DNA from: Heptranchias perlo
Lineage: Eukaryota
Assembly (NCBI RefSeq): GCF_035084215.1
Contig: NC_090348.1
Location: 17,794,001 to 17,858,000, forward strand
DNA length: 64,000 bases
Reading direction: 5' to 3'
Shown here: positions 1 through 12,289 of the stretch, piece by piece
How positions within the stretch are numbered: position 1 is the first letter of the stretch
Layout: every line of letters starts with the position of its first letter
The notes under the pieces: model-generated
Seen by the model: only the letters and a program-made list of their open reading frames with translations
Told to the model about the DNA's origin: nothing
The model's database searches: none
Made by a program: the position numbers and the translations under genes

Positions 1-572
1 ATGCCTCCGTGCATCAGTGTCGGCCATGCTGCCATGGAGAGGCCAGGCACTTTCTCCATAGGGAGAGGAGAGGGAGAGCCATCCTGACATCTTTCAAAGT
101 TTAACAAATTCACAGACACCTCCAGTTCTTCTGTACCTTGTTCTATTTGCTAGTTTTTCATGTAGGACTAGTGAGCATTAGCAACTATGGGGGCATCAGA
201 GTGAGCTTGATCCAGTCCTTGGATGATATTTGCATGTGCACTTTCAGCAGAAGCCACTGCCAGGAATCAGAAGTGGGACCTTTGACTGTTTTTTTCCCTT
301 CTTACCTCCAGCCCAGGGTCATTGAAAACAATTGTGGTGCCCTCACTGTTACCCTGGCTGAAATCAGTTAATTCTGTATAGATCAAGTGCTTAACCTGGA
401 TGAAAAATAAATAGAAGAAAATGGTTTGTGAAAAGAGATAAGTAAGAAAAAACAGAGAACTGCAATAGGAAAAGGAATTAAAATGAAAGAACTTTGTAAG
501 AATCATAGCTATAGGAATAAAAGTGATGGGGAAACTAATTATTGAAGGCAAATATTTCAACTCTTTGCCTCC

Positions 573-1069
573 TCTCCAGCGACGGCCTTCGAGACACACG
601 ATAACGCAAAATCATTGAGCAGAAATTGATAGCCAAGTTCCGCACCCATGAGGACGGCCTCAACCGGGATCTTGGGTTCATGTCACACTACATGTAACCC
701 CACCTGACGTAGAGTCATCCAGACTCAAGTCGTAGTTGGCTTGTTCTCCATGCACAGATACAGCCGGACCTGCTGCGATTTCCAGCAAAAAAAAGTTATC
801 TGTTTATAGTAAAAAACCCCTTTGATTGTTGTGATTATCTGTCTGCCGAGGTGTGATGAAGGGCAGTTAGAAAGATTATCTGTAATCACCAGGCATTGTT
901 CTCTGACTATATATGCGGTGCCTTTATGCAAATCCTCCTCACTTCACCTGACGAAGGAGCAAAGCTCCGAAAGCTTGTGATTTCAAATAAAGCTGTTGGA
1001 CTATAACCTGGTGTTGTGCGACTCCTTACATTTGTCCAACTCAGTCCATCACCGGCATCTCCACATCAT
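573..1069 (+). mobile_element. Penelope-like retroelement 3' fragment (GIY-YIG C-terminus plus pLTR)
   Basis: ~575-697 reads DGLRDTR*RKIIEQKLIAKFRTHEDGLNRDLGFMSHYM*, like the end of a PLE GIY-YIG domain; followed by a hammerhead motif, AATAAA and the tail ggactataacctggtgttgt...ccggcatctccacatc also seen near 32630. Confidence 0.85.
944..980 (+). ncRNA. Minimal type I hammerhead ribozyme (Penelope pLTR)
   Basis: tcac-CTGACGA-a-GGAGC-aaa-GCTCC-GAA-AGCT-T-gtga: catalytic boxes, 5-bp stem II, palindromic AGCT stem III, stem I tcac/gtga. Confidence 0.72.
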
Positions 1070-1352
1070 TATATATAGACATAGCCATCTGTGGATAAGT
1101 TCTGCCATCATTCAGGCACTCTGCTGATTGAACAATTTTTGTCTATAACACCAAATGGCCTTATAGCCGTGACATTAAATTCAGATACTTTGGTGCTAAA
1201 AATGAAAGAAAAGGCAGAGGTAAAAATTGAATCGGAAACCAATGTGTGTTTTGGGTGTTCCTGTGAGTGACTACCCTAGCACTTAATTTTGCTGTATCAG
1301 CAATCAGCATAAAAAGAATATCTATTGTTTTGTGATTCTCTTTTTTTTCCAG

Positions 1353-1550
1353 TTCAAACTGTACTTTGTGAAGGAGGTGTACCACAGCGTCCTGTTGTGT
1401 TTGTTGATCGCCCGGTTCTTGTGCGAACCATCCGAAACGAACTCTATAAACTGGAAGCAGATCCTGGGTGGATCACAATATATGGAATGGCAGGTTGTGG
1501 GAAGTCAGTATTAGCAGCAGAAGCCCTAAGGAATCACAGAGTTCTAACTG
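1353..1550 (+). CDS. APAF1: APAF1 coding exon (start of NB-ARC, Walker A)
   Basis: Acceptor ttttttttccag and donor gtaagt; 198 bp, phase 1-1; translates VQTVLCEGGVPQRPVVFV...GWITIYGMAGCGKSVLAAEALR, matching APAF1 with P-loop GMAGCGKS. Confidence 0.97.
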
Positions 1551-2959
1551 GTAAGTGTCGTTGCTGAGAAATTTCACACTTTAAGTTTTGTTGTTTCCTC
1601 ATTAGACATATGTTAAAGTTGTGGACATTCTTCCCCTTTTGTCTCAATATGATTCTGACCCATCCCCAGTCTCGTTAGCGTTGGGATGTAGGAAATGTTA
1701 GATCATTGAGCCCTAGCCTACTGGCCGAGTGCATTCATTGTTGCACAGTAAAATACTGAGTTCTTAGAATATGTGCAAGTGTTACAGCTTGGTAGTTGCA
1801 GTACAACTCCTTATTAATAATCATAACAAATGTAGTATTTGCCACTAGGCTAATTTTAATATATTGGCACCAATATACAAGTAAATTCCACAAAGGCCAA
1901 TGCACTTAAATGTGTGATGCTTTTAATTCATTGCCGTAAATTGCTTCCACCACTGCCACAATTTAATCCTCTTGTTCAAAATGGTCTCTCCAGTTTCAAC
2001 TAAATTTTGGAAGAGTGAAATTGGTACTGCTGGTCATTATTCATAGCTGAAGAGGATAAAGATTTCACACACCCATCATTACACTTCACTTAAATCGTAG
2101 TGTAAAAACACCTATAGAGTGGTTGCGCAAAAAAAGTCATACACATTTCACAGTGACATTCCAGACTTAAAATGTGTTGATACAAAAGATACTTGACAGC
2201 CCATTTTGAGACAGGAATTAGAAAACATTCCCTGTAGGAAAGCTTAATTACCTGATGCTGTTTAAATTGATAAATGTAGACTATCTCCTTTGAAAAATGT
2301 TTCAGCCTAGCTGCATATACTTGTGGAAAAGCCCTGGTAAAAGTTAATCCTTTGTAGATGAGTTATAGCTTATTTAAAAAATTATTTGTTGACAATAATG
2401 TTGGTTCACACTGCCTTAAAGGTTCATTTTGTGTGATAGAATGTTACACTTGGCTGCAGTGACCAGGCTTGGAGGAAGGAAATGGTTTGGGCTCCCACTA
2501 ATCTGCCCTTAAGATTTGGGACCTGAAATTCCAGGAGGCTGGGGAGGGCCAAAATGGGGTGGGTGGGGTGGAATTTAGAGCTGGGGATCCACTCCATTTG
2601 TGTAACGCTAAAAATCCCACCAGAAGTGAGAGCTGGAGGCAATAGCCCCTGCCCTCTAACTAGTGCAACCATGCAACTGAAGGACTTTGGGATAAGATGA
2701 TGATTCCCTCCTAAATTTTGTCATTTCCACCTGTGATGATAAAGGTGGCTGTAGTTTCTTAAAGAGGAACAACAGAGATTAATGTGTTAATTTCATAGAA
2801 AGCCTATTTGTGTTGTAACTTCACTTTGGCTTGGACTACTTTGACTAGTTTTTTGGCTACACTTCGGGAGCTTGCAGCTTCAATTTGTATAATTCTATTT
2901 AGAGTTTCCATTTCTATTGGGAAAATTTAAGTTAAAGGTCATCTAAGGCTGGAATATGG

Positions 2960-4010
2960 GTTTCCGAATGGGATTTTTATTGTTTATGATGTATATGTTG
3001 GAGGAAGAGGAGGATGAAGAATAACTTAACAACACCGGCAAAGAGCCAGACTACTCCGGAGATACCCTTCAAGTGGACTCTAGACTACGCCGTTCCTTTT
3101 TAAACATTTTCGTTTTGAATCTCTGGAAGCTGTATTTCACTCCTGAAGTCCTAAAAGAGCTTTATGCCCTCCTACAGGACAAACTTCAGATGACAGCACA
3201 AGGACAGCATTCGCAAAAGCAGCGAAAGTGACAACAGCACGACAGGCTCATTTCAGGGAGCTACTAGCCGATTTATGCCAGATTAGTCAATTTGGAATGT
3301 ACTGCTGCATATGGCAGGTGACAAATGCTTTCTACGCCTGGTAGCTCAGGTCATCTCCTTTGATCGTGGTGCCAGGCAGATGAGTGAGTGGGCAAACAAT
3401 TTTTATAGCGTTGTAGATTTTTCTAGAGTGCTTAGGACTATTGATGCATGTGGCAGTATAAGCCCCAAATGTGAACCGTCACCACTTCATCGACCAAAAG
3501 AGATTTTGCTCATAGAATGTTCAACTGGTTTGCAACAGACGGCTTTTTTCTTGTTACTGCCAAGTATCCAGGGAGCTGCCATGACTCCTTTGTCCTGCGT
3601 CAGTCTAGTGTTCCTGATGCCTTTCAAAATCAAGGGCAAGTCACAGGATTGCTACGTGGTGACAAAGATTACTCATTACTCTTAGTCTCTTGACACCACT
3701 ACGTCAGACCACCAGTGCAGCAGAGGAACACTATAGGGAAGCTTATATTCACACATGTATCAGGATTAAACAAGGAATATAATGGAATTTGAAAGGAGGA
3801 TTTGGGTGCCTGGATAGGTCAGCTGGGTTGCTGCAGTATGTTCCTCACACTGTCCTCCACAGATTTGTTTTCTGCAAAGATGCCTGTGTTTCTCAGGAGG
3901 AAGGAGAAGCAGAAGGTAAAATCCTTGAGGCAGGAGATCGCGGACACGGAGAGGATATAGCAGCATCACAGTCAGCAGCAGTTGGAGAGCTGTGAAAAAG
4001 ACTTATTCAT
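2960..4010 (+). pseudogene. Degenerate Harbinger (HARBI1-like DDE) transposase
   Basis: Frameshifted motifs in the expected order: GSFQG, IDA, AKYPGSCHDSFVLRQS, GDKDY, LKGGFGCLDRSAGLLQYVP (compare LKMRFRCLDRSGGALQYSP). Confidence 0.8.
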
Positions 4011-4433
4011 GACACCTTCAGTCATGTGTGAACCAACTGTTGACATTGTACTTAGCACTCATTGGCATGACCGTTATACAATCTCTGGTTACCCTCTCGA
4101 GTTGCACCACTCATATTTACAAGCATCAGTTACTGAAAGAAATGAAGCCACAAAACAACATTCACAATTCCAGTGCTCATTTACTGTATACTGATGGAAA
4201 ACATACAGGTTAACAGTACCCAACACATGTATACAGTTCTGGTAGATAATCCAAAAAAGCATTCACTAAGATTCACCACCATGGTTACCCCCGTTGACAT
4301 TTCTACCTCTTCTTTGGCCTATTCTTACACTTTTAAGTGCCGTGTGAGGCCTGAGTGTGATGTGGATAGCTGTTTACTTTTACAGTGAGCATTCAGAAAC
4401 AAAGGTGGCCTTCTTCTCAAGGCCACTGGGTCA

Positions 4434-6358
4434 TAAGAACATAAGAACATAAGAAATTGGAGCAGGAGTAGGCCAATCGGCCCCTCGAGCCTGCTCCGCC
4501 ATTCAATAAGATCATGGCTGATCTGATCCCAACCACAAATCTAAAGAACACAAGAAGTCGGAGCAGGACCCGGCCACATAGCCCCTGGGCCCTCTCCGCC
4601 ACCCACAGGGCATTGACCGATCCGAACTCAGCTTCATGTCCAATTTCCTGCCCGCTCCCCATAACCCCTAATTCCCTTTACTTCTAGGAAACTGTCTATT
4701 TCTGTTTTAAATTTATCTAATGATGTAGCTTCCACAGCTTCCTGGGGCAGCATATTCCACAGACCTACCACCCTCTGAGTGAAGAAGTTTCTCCTCATCT
4801 CAGTTTTGAAAGAGCAGCCCCTTATTCTAAGATTATGCCCCCTAGTTCTAGTTTCACCCATCTTTGGGAACATCCTTACTGCATCCACCCGATCAAGACC
4901 CTTCACAATCTTATATGTTTCAATAAGATCGCCTCTCATTCTTCTGAACTCCAATGAGTAGAGTCCCAATCTACTCAACCTCTCCTCATATGTCCGCCCC
5001 CTCATCCCCGGGATTAACCGAGTGAACCTTCTTTGTACTGCCTCGAGAGCAAGTATGTCTTTTCTTAAGTATGGAGACCAAAACTGTATGCAGTATTCCA
5101 GGTGCGGTCTCACCAATACCTTATATAACTGCAGCAATACCTCCTTGTTTTTATATTCTATCCCCCTAGCAATAAAAGCCAACATTCCGTTGGCTTTCTT
5201 GATCACCTGCTGCACCTGCATACCAACTTTTTGATTTTCTTGCACTAGGACCCCCAGATCCCTTTGTACTGCAGTACTTTCCAGTCTCTCGCCATTAAGA
5301 AAATAACTTGCTCTCTGATTTTTCCTGCCAAAGTGCATAACCTCACATTTTCCAATATTATATTGCATCTGCCAAATCTCCGCCCACTCACCCAGCCTGT
5401 CTATATCCCCTTGCAGGTTTTTTATGTCCTCCTCACTCTCTACTTTCCCTCCCATCTTTGTATCATCTGCAAATTTTGATATGTTGCACTCGGTCCCCTC
5501 CTCCAAATCGTTAATATAGATTGTAAAGAGTTGGGGACCCAGCACCGACCCCTGTGGAACACCACTGGTTACTGGTTGCCAGTCCGAAAATGAACCATTT
5601 ATCCCAACTCTCTGCTTCCTGTTCGATAACCAATCCTCCACCCATGCCAGAATATTACCCCCAATCCCGTGATTTTTTATCTTAAGTAATAATCTTTTAT
5701 GTGGCACCTTGTCGAATGCCTTCTGGAAGTCTAAATACACTACGTCCACTGGTTCCCCTTTATCCACCCTATACGTTATATCCTCGAAGAACTCAAGCAA
5801 ATTTGTCAGACATGACTTCCCCTTCATGAAGCCATGCTGACTTTGTCTTATTAAATTATGCTTATCTAAATGTTCCGTTACTGTCTCCTTAATAATAGAC
5901 TCCAAAATTTTACCCACCACAGATGTTAAGCTAACTGGCCTATAATTTCCAGCCTTCTGCCTACTACCCTTTTTAAATAACGGTGTTACATTAGCAGTTT
6001 TCCAATCTGCCGGGACCTCTCCTGAGTCCAGGGAATTTTGGAAAACTATCATCAAAGCATCCACAATCCCTACTGCCACTTCCCTCAAGACCCTAGGATG
6101 GAAGCCATCAGGTCCAGGGGATTTATCCGCCTTGAGTCCCATTATTTTACTGAGTACCATCTCCTGAGTGATTTTAATCGTATTTAGCTCCTCCCCCCCG
6201 AGAGTCCCCTGTTTGTCCAGTGTTGGGATATTCTTAGTGTCCTCTACTGTAAAGACTGAAACAAAATATTTGTTCAGCATTTTTGCCATCTCCATGTTTC
6301 CCACCATTAATTTCCCGGTCTCATCCTCTAAGGGACCTATGTTTGCCTTAGCCACCCT
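4434..6358 (-). mobile_element. Young 5'-truncated CR1 LINE with an uninterrupted RT frame (4634-6355)
   Basis: 573-aa frame with YRPVSLTS, YLDFQKAFDKVPH, GVPQGSVLGP, KFADDTK, TRGH; (ttcttatg)n 3' microsatellite at ~4434-4455. Confidence 0.97.
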
Positions 6359-7322
6359 GGGATTGACCTATGGCAGGCTGCACTGCTGGGTTCAGCACCT
6401 CAGCAGCCTAGGTCTCCAGACCTTCACCTGTCCAGGCATCTGAAGGGACTGACTAGAGGGCCCTCTCTAGTGCTGCTGACATGAGGGAGAGTAGGCTCAT
6501 CAGAGCACGCTCAAACTATCCCAATGGAAGATTAACGTGAGATAAGTAACCATGATTTGCAGAAGATCAGACCTAATGGAATCACTAAGATCTCTGAAAC
6601 CCTGAGTGTAAGAAATTGGAATCTGGCAGCCATCTTTCTCTCAATATGGTCTCCCAACACCTGAAGGTCAGCAGTAAAAGCTTCTACGTTGGAACCCTGA
6701 CTGGCCTGGAGGCCTTCCTGTTATGTGGGATGTGTGCAGCTTGTAGCTGTCACTCACTCCAGGATACGTTGTATCAATGAAAAACCTCCTCTGGTGCCAC
6801 AGAGGCAGCACGGACATTGGAATTCGGAGCCATAACATAAACACCTTGGGGTTAGAAGGATGAGAGGAGAGGCAAAGCAGCTCAGCTACACAGCTGTTGC
6901 TCAAAGATCATTTACTGCTAGAAAGCTGCATTTGTTGTGCTTGTGATGCTGGGTGAGGATAGGGTGAGCTCATCTGTAATGACGCTCCATCCTGCTGACC
7001 CTCCCTTACCTGAAGAATGACTGGTTCAGGATAGTAGAGGGCTATAGGTGGGTGTAGAACTGTACGCCAGCTTAAGTAACTGCTTGAGGAGGGGAGAAAA
7101 ATACTCACTTTGTAGTTTATATGTTGTTACTGTCGATGGGAAAAGAGTTGCTTAAACATCCAGACCATGCATAGTGTCATTTTCTAAATAGTCAAATGCA
7201 TTATTGCCATTGTTAATGTACGTGTAAAGTTTTAATTAATACTTACTTCTCCAGCATTGTTGTACTATTTCTTTGATATGTTTAGTAATTTGATTCAGTC
7301 TTTCTGGACTGTAATTTGGCAG

Positions 7323-7506
7323 AATGTTTTCCTGGAGGAGTGCACTGGGTAGCAGTTGGAAAACAGGACCGTGCAGGTATTCTTGTTAAACTGCAGAATC
7401 TCTGCAGCCGATTTAGTCAGGGATCCCAGACTTACTCAAGTCCACCTCTTAACATCGAGGAAGCCAGAGACCGACTCCGTTTCTTGATGGCACGTAAATA
7501 CCCCAG
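7323..7506 (+). CDS. APAF1: APAF1 coding exon (NB-ARC)
   Basis: Acceptor ggcag, donor gtaggt; 184 bp; ECFPGGVHWVAVGKQDRAGILVKLQNLCSR...PPLNIEEARDRLRFLMARKYPR, in frame with the previous exon. Confidence 0.96.
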
Positions 7507-7582
7507 GTAGGTGAGATGAAAATGTCTTTTTAGTGTGAACACATGAAGTTGAAATCTGACATCTGTTTTGCTCGAAGTAACC

Positions 7583-7780
7583 TAGTATCATAGTATGGTA
7601 CATTATACAGCACAGGAGGAGGCCATTTGGCCCATTGTGCCTGTGCCAGCTCTTTGAAAAAGCTGTCCAATTAATCCCACTCCCCTACTCTTTCCCAATA
7701 GCCCTATAAACTTTTTCCCTTCCATTATTTATCCAATTCCCTTCCATTATTTATCCAGTTACTATTGAATCTGCTTCCAT
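7583..7780 (-). mobile_element. CR1 3'-end fragment
   Basis: tacagcacaggaggaggccatttggccc...ccaattaatcccactcccc matches the CR1 tail at ~46630. Confidence 0.7.
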
Positions 7781-9390
7781 AGCAGATGTCCATCACCCTA
7801 CCGGTTAACTATAATTGTGCTTCAATAAATTTACAGAAAAATTTTTGCATAGTGCGTTACTCAAGTTTGGAAAAGGTAATGTGATAGGAATCCAATTAAA
7901 ATGATCAGAATTAATTGTTTTATTTAACCAAACTTTCATTCCCTATACTTGCACTATGTTGTGAGGCTTTGTGAATTCTTTCAATTGTGAAACTTTTTTT
8001 TTAAACCAAAATCTTCATTTTGATACCACTTAACTCAATCCACGTTCTTTGGCTTAATATTGCAATTTACTCTGCTTGATACAAAACTGATGCGAACAAC
8101 TGGACTATTTACCATACTCCACCTCCTAACACTAAGAATCCACGGATTTGGACCAGCATTTTCTAGGTTCACAACTTTGTATACGGAAATGGGGCAGGGA
8201 GGAGACTTGCCCTAGGTGCTCGTTATGTCTACAGTGACATTTCTCGTACAGTGCAGTAAGGAGGACAGTTCCGAAACTGGCGGTAAGATGTATTGGTGAG
8301 GCAGCAAAGGGAAAAATTGAACCCGTCGGAATTATTTGCTATCCATTCAATGCTGACACGAACCAAGTATGGACATTCTGCATTAAGCACAAAAGTTTCT
8401 CCATCCTAGTATGTTTCACTATTAAAAAGTTAAGTACAGATAACTGAGGGGATCAGGATATCAAGGTTGTCATAAATATATACAGCTTACTCTTAATTTG
8501 AACTCACTTAATTCAAATTATGATGATTTGAATTATTTTGAGTACAGAATTGCCACTTTGTGTTATTTAGGTTGCTTATTTCAAATTACTGGTTAATGTG
8601 AATTTGCCTAGTAAAGTAAAAGACTTTAGATTATTCGGAGTAAATTGAATTGGGGAAGGGACGAGCTAGGTGATGCAATGGCTTAGCTCACTTTCCTTCA
8701 ACTCTGGGATCTAGGTTTGAATCTGGCCAACAATAATGGGATAAAAGTCATCCACCTACTTTATGAATCATGAGTTGGGTAGTCACGACCTGGCCCATAG
8801 TATAGAAATACTTAGAATCTGGTAGTCTGTCGGAGAGAGGCTCTGTTGTGGAAAGTGGAATTATCAGTTTGGTTTAGTTGGGATGCTTTTCTGCATTTAC
8901 ACTAAGGTGCATTTTTTGGGTCCAGGTGGCTCGTGCATTTCGTCTATAATATGGAACAGCTTGATGCTGGTATTAAATGTAAACAGTGCAGAAGCGTTCC
9001 ATTCCTCTGTTCTGATATCCTTCACTATGATTCACCAAAACAGTTAGAATTGAAAATTAAATGTGTGCATTATGACTATAAATAACATTTTCAAAGAGTA
9101 ATGGACCAGTACAAAAGCATTGTATTCTAGCACCCCATTGTTTGCCAAATACATTTCTCAGTAAAAAAAGATATATTATTAATAGACAAAACACCTAAAG
9201 CGTGTTGAGGTGAGAGGATGCAAAGCAACTCACCTACATGGTTGTTGTTGGAAGACAATGTACTGTAGAAAGCTGCATTTGTTAAATATGTCTTTTTCTG
9301 TTGTAATGAATCATTGTCACAGCTTAAAGTAATTAATTGGCTGTGAAGCGCTTCGTACACCCTGAAGTTCTTTTTCTTTCTCTAATTTAG

Positions 9391-9503
9391 ATCACTTTTA
9401 GTTCTGGATGATGTTTGGGACAGCTGGGTGCTGAAGTGTTTTGATGTTCAATGTCGTGTTCTAATCACCAGCCGAGATAAGAGCATCACTGAAGCAGTTA
9501 CAG
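9391..9503 (+). CDS. APAF1: APAF1 coding exon (Walker B, sensor I)
   Basis: Polypyrimidine tract then ttag, donor gtaatg; 113 bp; SLLVLDDVWDSWVLKCFDVQCRVLITSRDKSITEAVT; absent from the ORF track. Confidence 0.96.
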
Positions 9504-10103
9504 GTAATGAGGTTTCATTCCTAAAATAATGTTTGTTTTTCACAGATCCTGTAATTTTTGGCTGTTCCAAACTGGTTTAAGTTTCAAGAAACAAAATTGT
9601 AAAAAGTTTGTGTATTTGGTTTATGTATAGATACTCAAGCTATTTAAGTTGCTTTACACATTTAAACATTGAGAATTTTGAAGTTGTTTATGGCCAAGAG
9701 ATTATGGACATGTAGATGAGTCTGGGAAAATAATGAGGTTTCTCATGGTCCTACTGGCTTCTAGATGAGTTGTTTGGAAGTCTGGCAGTAAGGCATGACC
9801 AAACTGCACAGCAGTGTTCCCCTAAGGCTGCTTCTCCAGCACTGTCAAAGTGTTGATCTTTGTATTTCTTTTCATTCTTCTTTTGTTAGCCGGCCGCCAA
9901 GGCTTTTTGTATTTTCTACCAAAATAGAAATGAACATGGTCCGGAGGGGCTGATGCATTTGAGGATGAGGGGATTAAGTTATGGAGGTAATAGTTTTTAT
10001 GGGGTTTATTTGTCCCAGACATTGTGGAGTTTAGCTGGATCCTTGCGGGAGTCGACTAGACCATTTTGTGAGATGTGGAACTTGACATTTATTCAAAGAC
10101 TAT

Positions 10104-12138
10104 GGGCCCGATTTTACCAGGGGTGCGGGTTCTCGGCGGGTGGGCCAGCGGGCGCATTGAAAATGCGCCCGGTGAAATTAGTGGGTTGCCCGCGCGATCG
10201 TAGCAGGCAACACGCTAATTGGATTCACTTACCTGCTCCTCCGGGTTCCCCGCTGCTGATCTGCGCGTCGGGTGGGCTGCGCATGCGCAGTAAGATCTGT
10301 CAGCTGTAGGCGCTCTATTTAAAGGGGCAGTCCTCCACTGACAGATGCTGCCACAAACAGCAAAAATTACAGCATGGAGCAGCCCAGGGGGAAGGCTGCT
10401 CCCAGTTTAATGATGCCTCATCCCAGGTATCATTAGATGGGGTGAGGAGGAGGGGGAGGACAGAGATCTTCCACCCGGCGGGCGGGAGGAAGCGGTCTGC
10501 CTCTGCCACCAAGAAGGCCTGGCTCGAGGTGGCAGAGGAGGTCACCAGCGCCACCAACATATCGCCCACCTGCATACAGTGCAGGAGGCGCTCCAATGAC
10601 CTCAGTAGGTCAGCCACAGTGAGAACACGTAGTCTTTCCCCTACACTCCGTCTGCCACAACACTGCCCCCACCCCACATCTCCTTCGGCACTGCCAACAC
10701 TACTCTGTCACATCACCCCTCATACCCACTCAAACCTCATCCTCATCTTACCTGCACCTACTCACCTCGCGAGTACTCACCCCGCCACTACCACGCAACC
10801 CAATCCTCATACAATCTCATGGCTCTATCCCATATTCACCCTCTCGTGCATCTCTTTCACGGCCAGCCTCACTCAACCTGCCACCACCTGTGCTGCAGCC
10901 ACAGGGCATGCATCACATATGTGCAGTAGGCAGCGTAAGGCAAATGTGTCGTGAGCATGAAGGGGATGCACAAGGGTGTTTGAGGGTTTGTCATGGTTCT
11001 TACTTCTATTGAATTAAAGAACAACTCACATCACACATTATATTGGCACCACTACTGCCATGTCTTCGTGAATCCTGTCCGGTTTGTGCAATAATGCCCG
11101 CTCCTGGGTATCCCTATGAGGATCCACCACTGATGCCACCCAGTGTGTCACTGCAGAGTGGGTGTAGGTGTATTTGCAGGGCTCTTCTGCGCAGACGACT
11201 GAGAGACATCAGGGATGTCCCCGGTTGCAGCCTGGGAGGCTGTGGAGCAGAAGTTCGGGAGGGCAGCGACAGGTAGGAAGATGGTGCACGGGCCAGCCAG
11301 GAGCATCTTGGCATGAAAGAGGCTGCAGATGTCCACGGCTACATGTCGACTGACTCTGAGCCTCCATGTGCACTGCTGCTCAGAGAGGTCCAGGAAGCTG
11401 AGCCTCGGTCTGTGGAACGTGTGGCGAGGGTAGTGCCCTCTGCGACGCATCTCTCTCTGCAGTAGCCCTCCCTCCTGCTGTACAGGTGGATGTGTCACAG
11501 CACTCTGTTGTGGAGCTGCACGTGTCAGAGGTGGACGGCGTGGATGTCGAGGCAGGTGATGCTGTTCGCCCTCCGAGGAGGTCATGACTGCAGCTACGGC
11601 GGCCCCCATCCGCAAGATGTACATCTGAGGGGGTCCGCAAGGTAGGTACATGTCTCTGGACCCCGGGGTAAGTGTGCAGGTTGGTGACTTCGACCATCAG
11701 GAGGAGGGTGGTGGAGGCCAAACTTTGTCCCAAGTGACAGAGTGGCCTCCTGCAATGGCTGAGGGTCTCCCCCCCCGCCCCCCCACCTGTCAAATGGACC
11801 TTTGCAGCTGCCACAGGCTGACAGCTGCAACACGTCCATTTCAACTGGGAGTGTTTCCCCCAGTGTGTGAAACAGTCCCATGTTTATCCAAAATCTCACA
11901 CAGTCCCTTAATCAGGTCAGTTAATGACCTGAACAAGCAAAGTAAATACTCTCAAGTGGCATCCCGCTGGCTTTAATTGCCTGCGGGATTCCCACCAGCG
12001 GGGGCTGCGCGCGCACGCCGGCGCGTCATCGGGGAAACCGGAAGTGGGCGGGATGGAGGCGCGATCCGGTCCCGCATCGGGATTTTCGGGGCCCCCCCGC
12101 CGAGAACGCACCCGGTAGCGGGTGCTAAAATCGGGCCC
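10104..12138. mobile_element. Harbinger/PIF DNA transposon, internally deleted
   Basis: 13-bp perfect TIR GGGCCCGATTTTA / TAAAATCGGGCCC; 3-bp TSD TAT; GC-rich; Myb/SANT-like remnant on + (~10374-10620, KKAWLEVAEEV...QCRRRSNDL) convergent with a transposase N-terminus on - (~11150-11620, RPRLSFLDLSEQQCTWRLRVSR). Confidence 0.92.
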
Positions 12139-12289
12139 TATGATCCCATTCTTGTAGGATGGCTTGAGTTCACTTGCAGGAAGTGTTTCCATTGTTCTGG
12201 CATATTGAGGAGAGGGATGAAAATGGACTGAAAGAGGCCTTCCTTCAGACTGGGTGGGGTGTGGATTGGAATTGAACATGAGGCTACTT

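Noticed and set aside
2541-2586. G-run cluster able to form a G-quadruplex
   Set aside because: It lies in probable transposon-derived sequence, is a common motif, and has no sign of function.
3311-3995. Candidate host HARBI1 gene
   Set aside because: Multiple frameshifts and stops with no exon structure; a transposon fossil rather than the domesticated gene.
10442-10954. 170-aa ORF as a stand-alone Myb/SANT gene
   Set aside because: It lies within Harbinger TIRs, its upstream ATG is out of frame, and the C-terminal half reads through a probable intron (gtgag donor near 10619).
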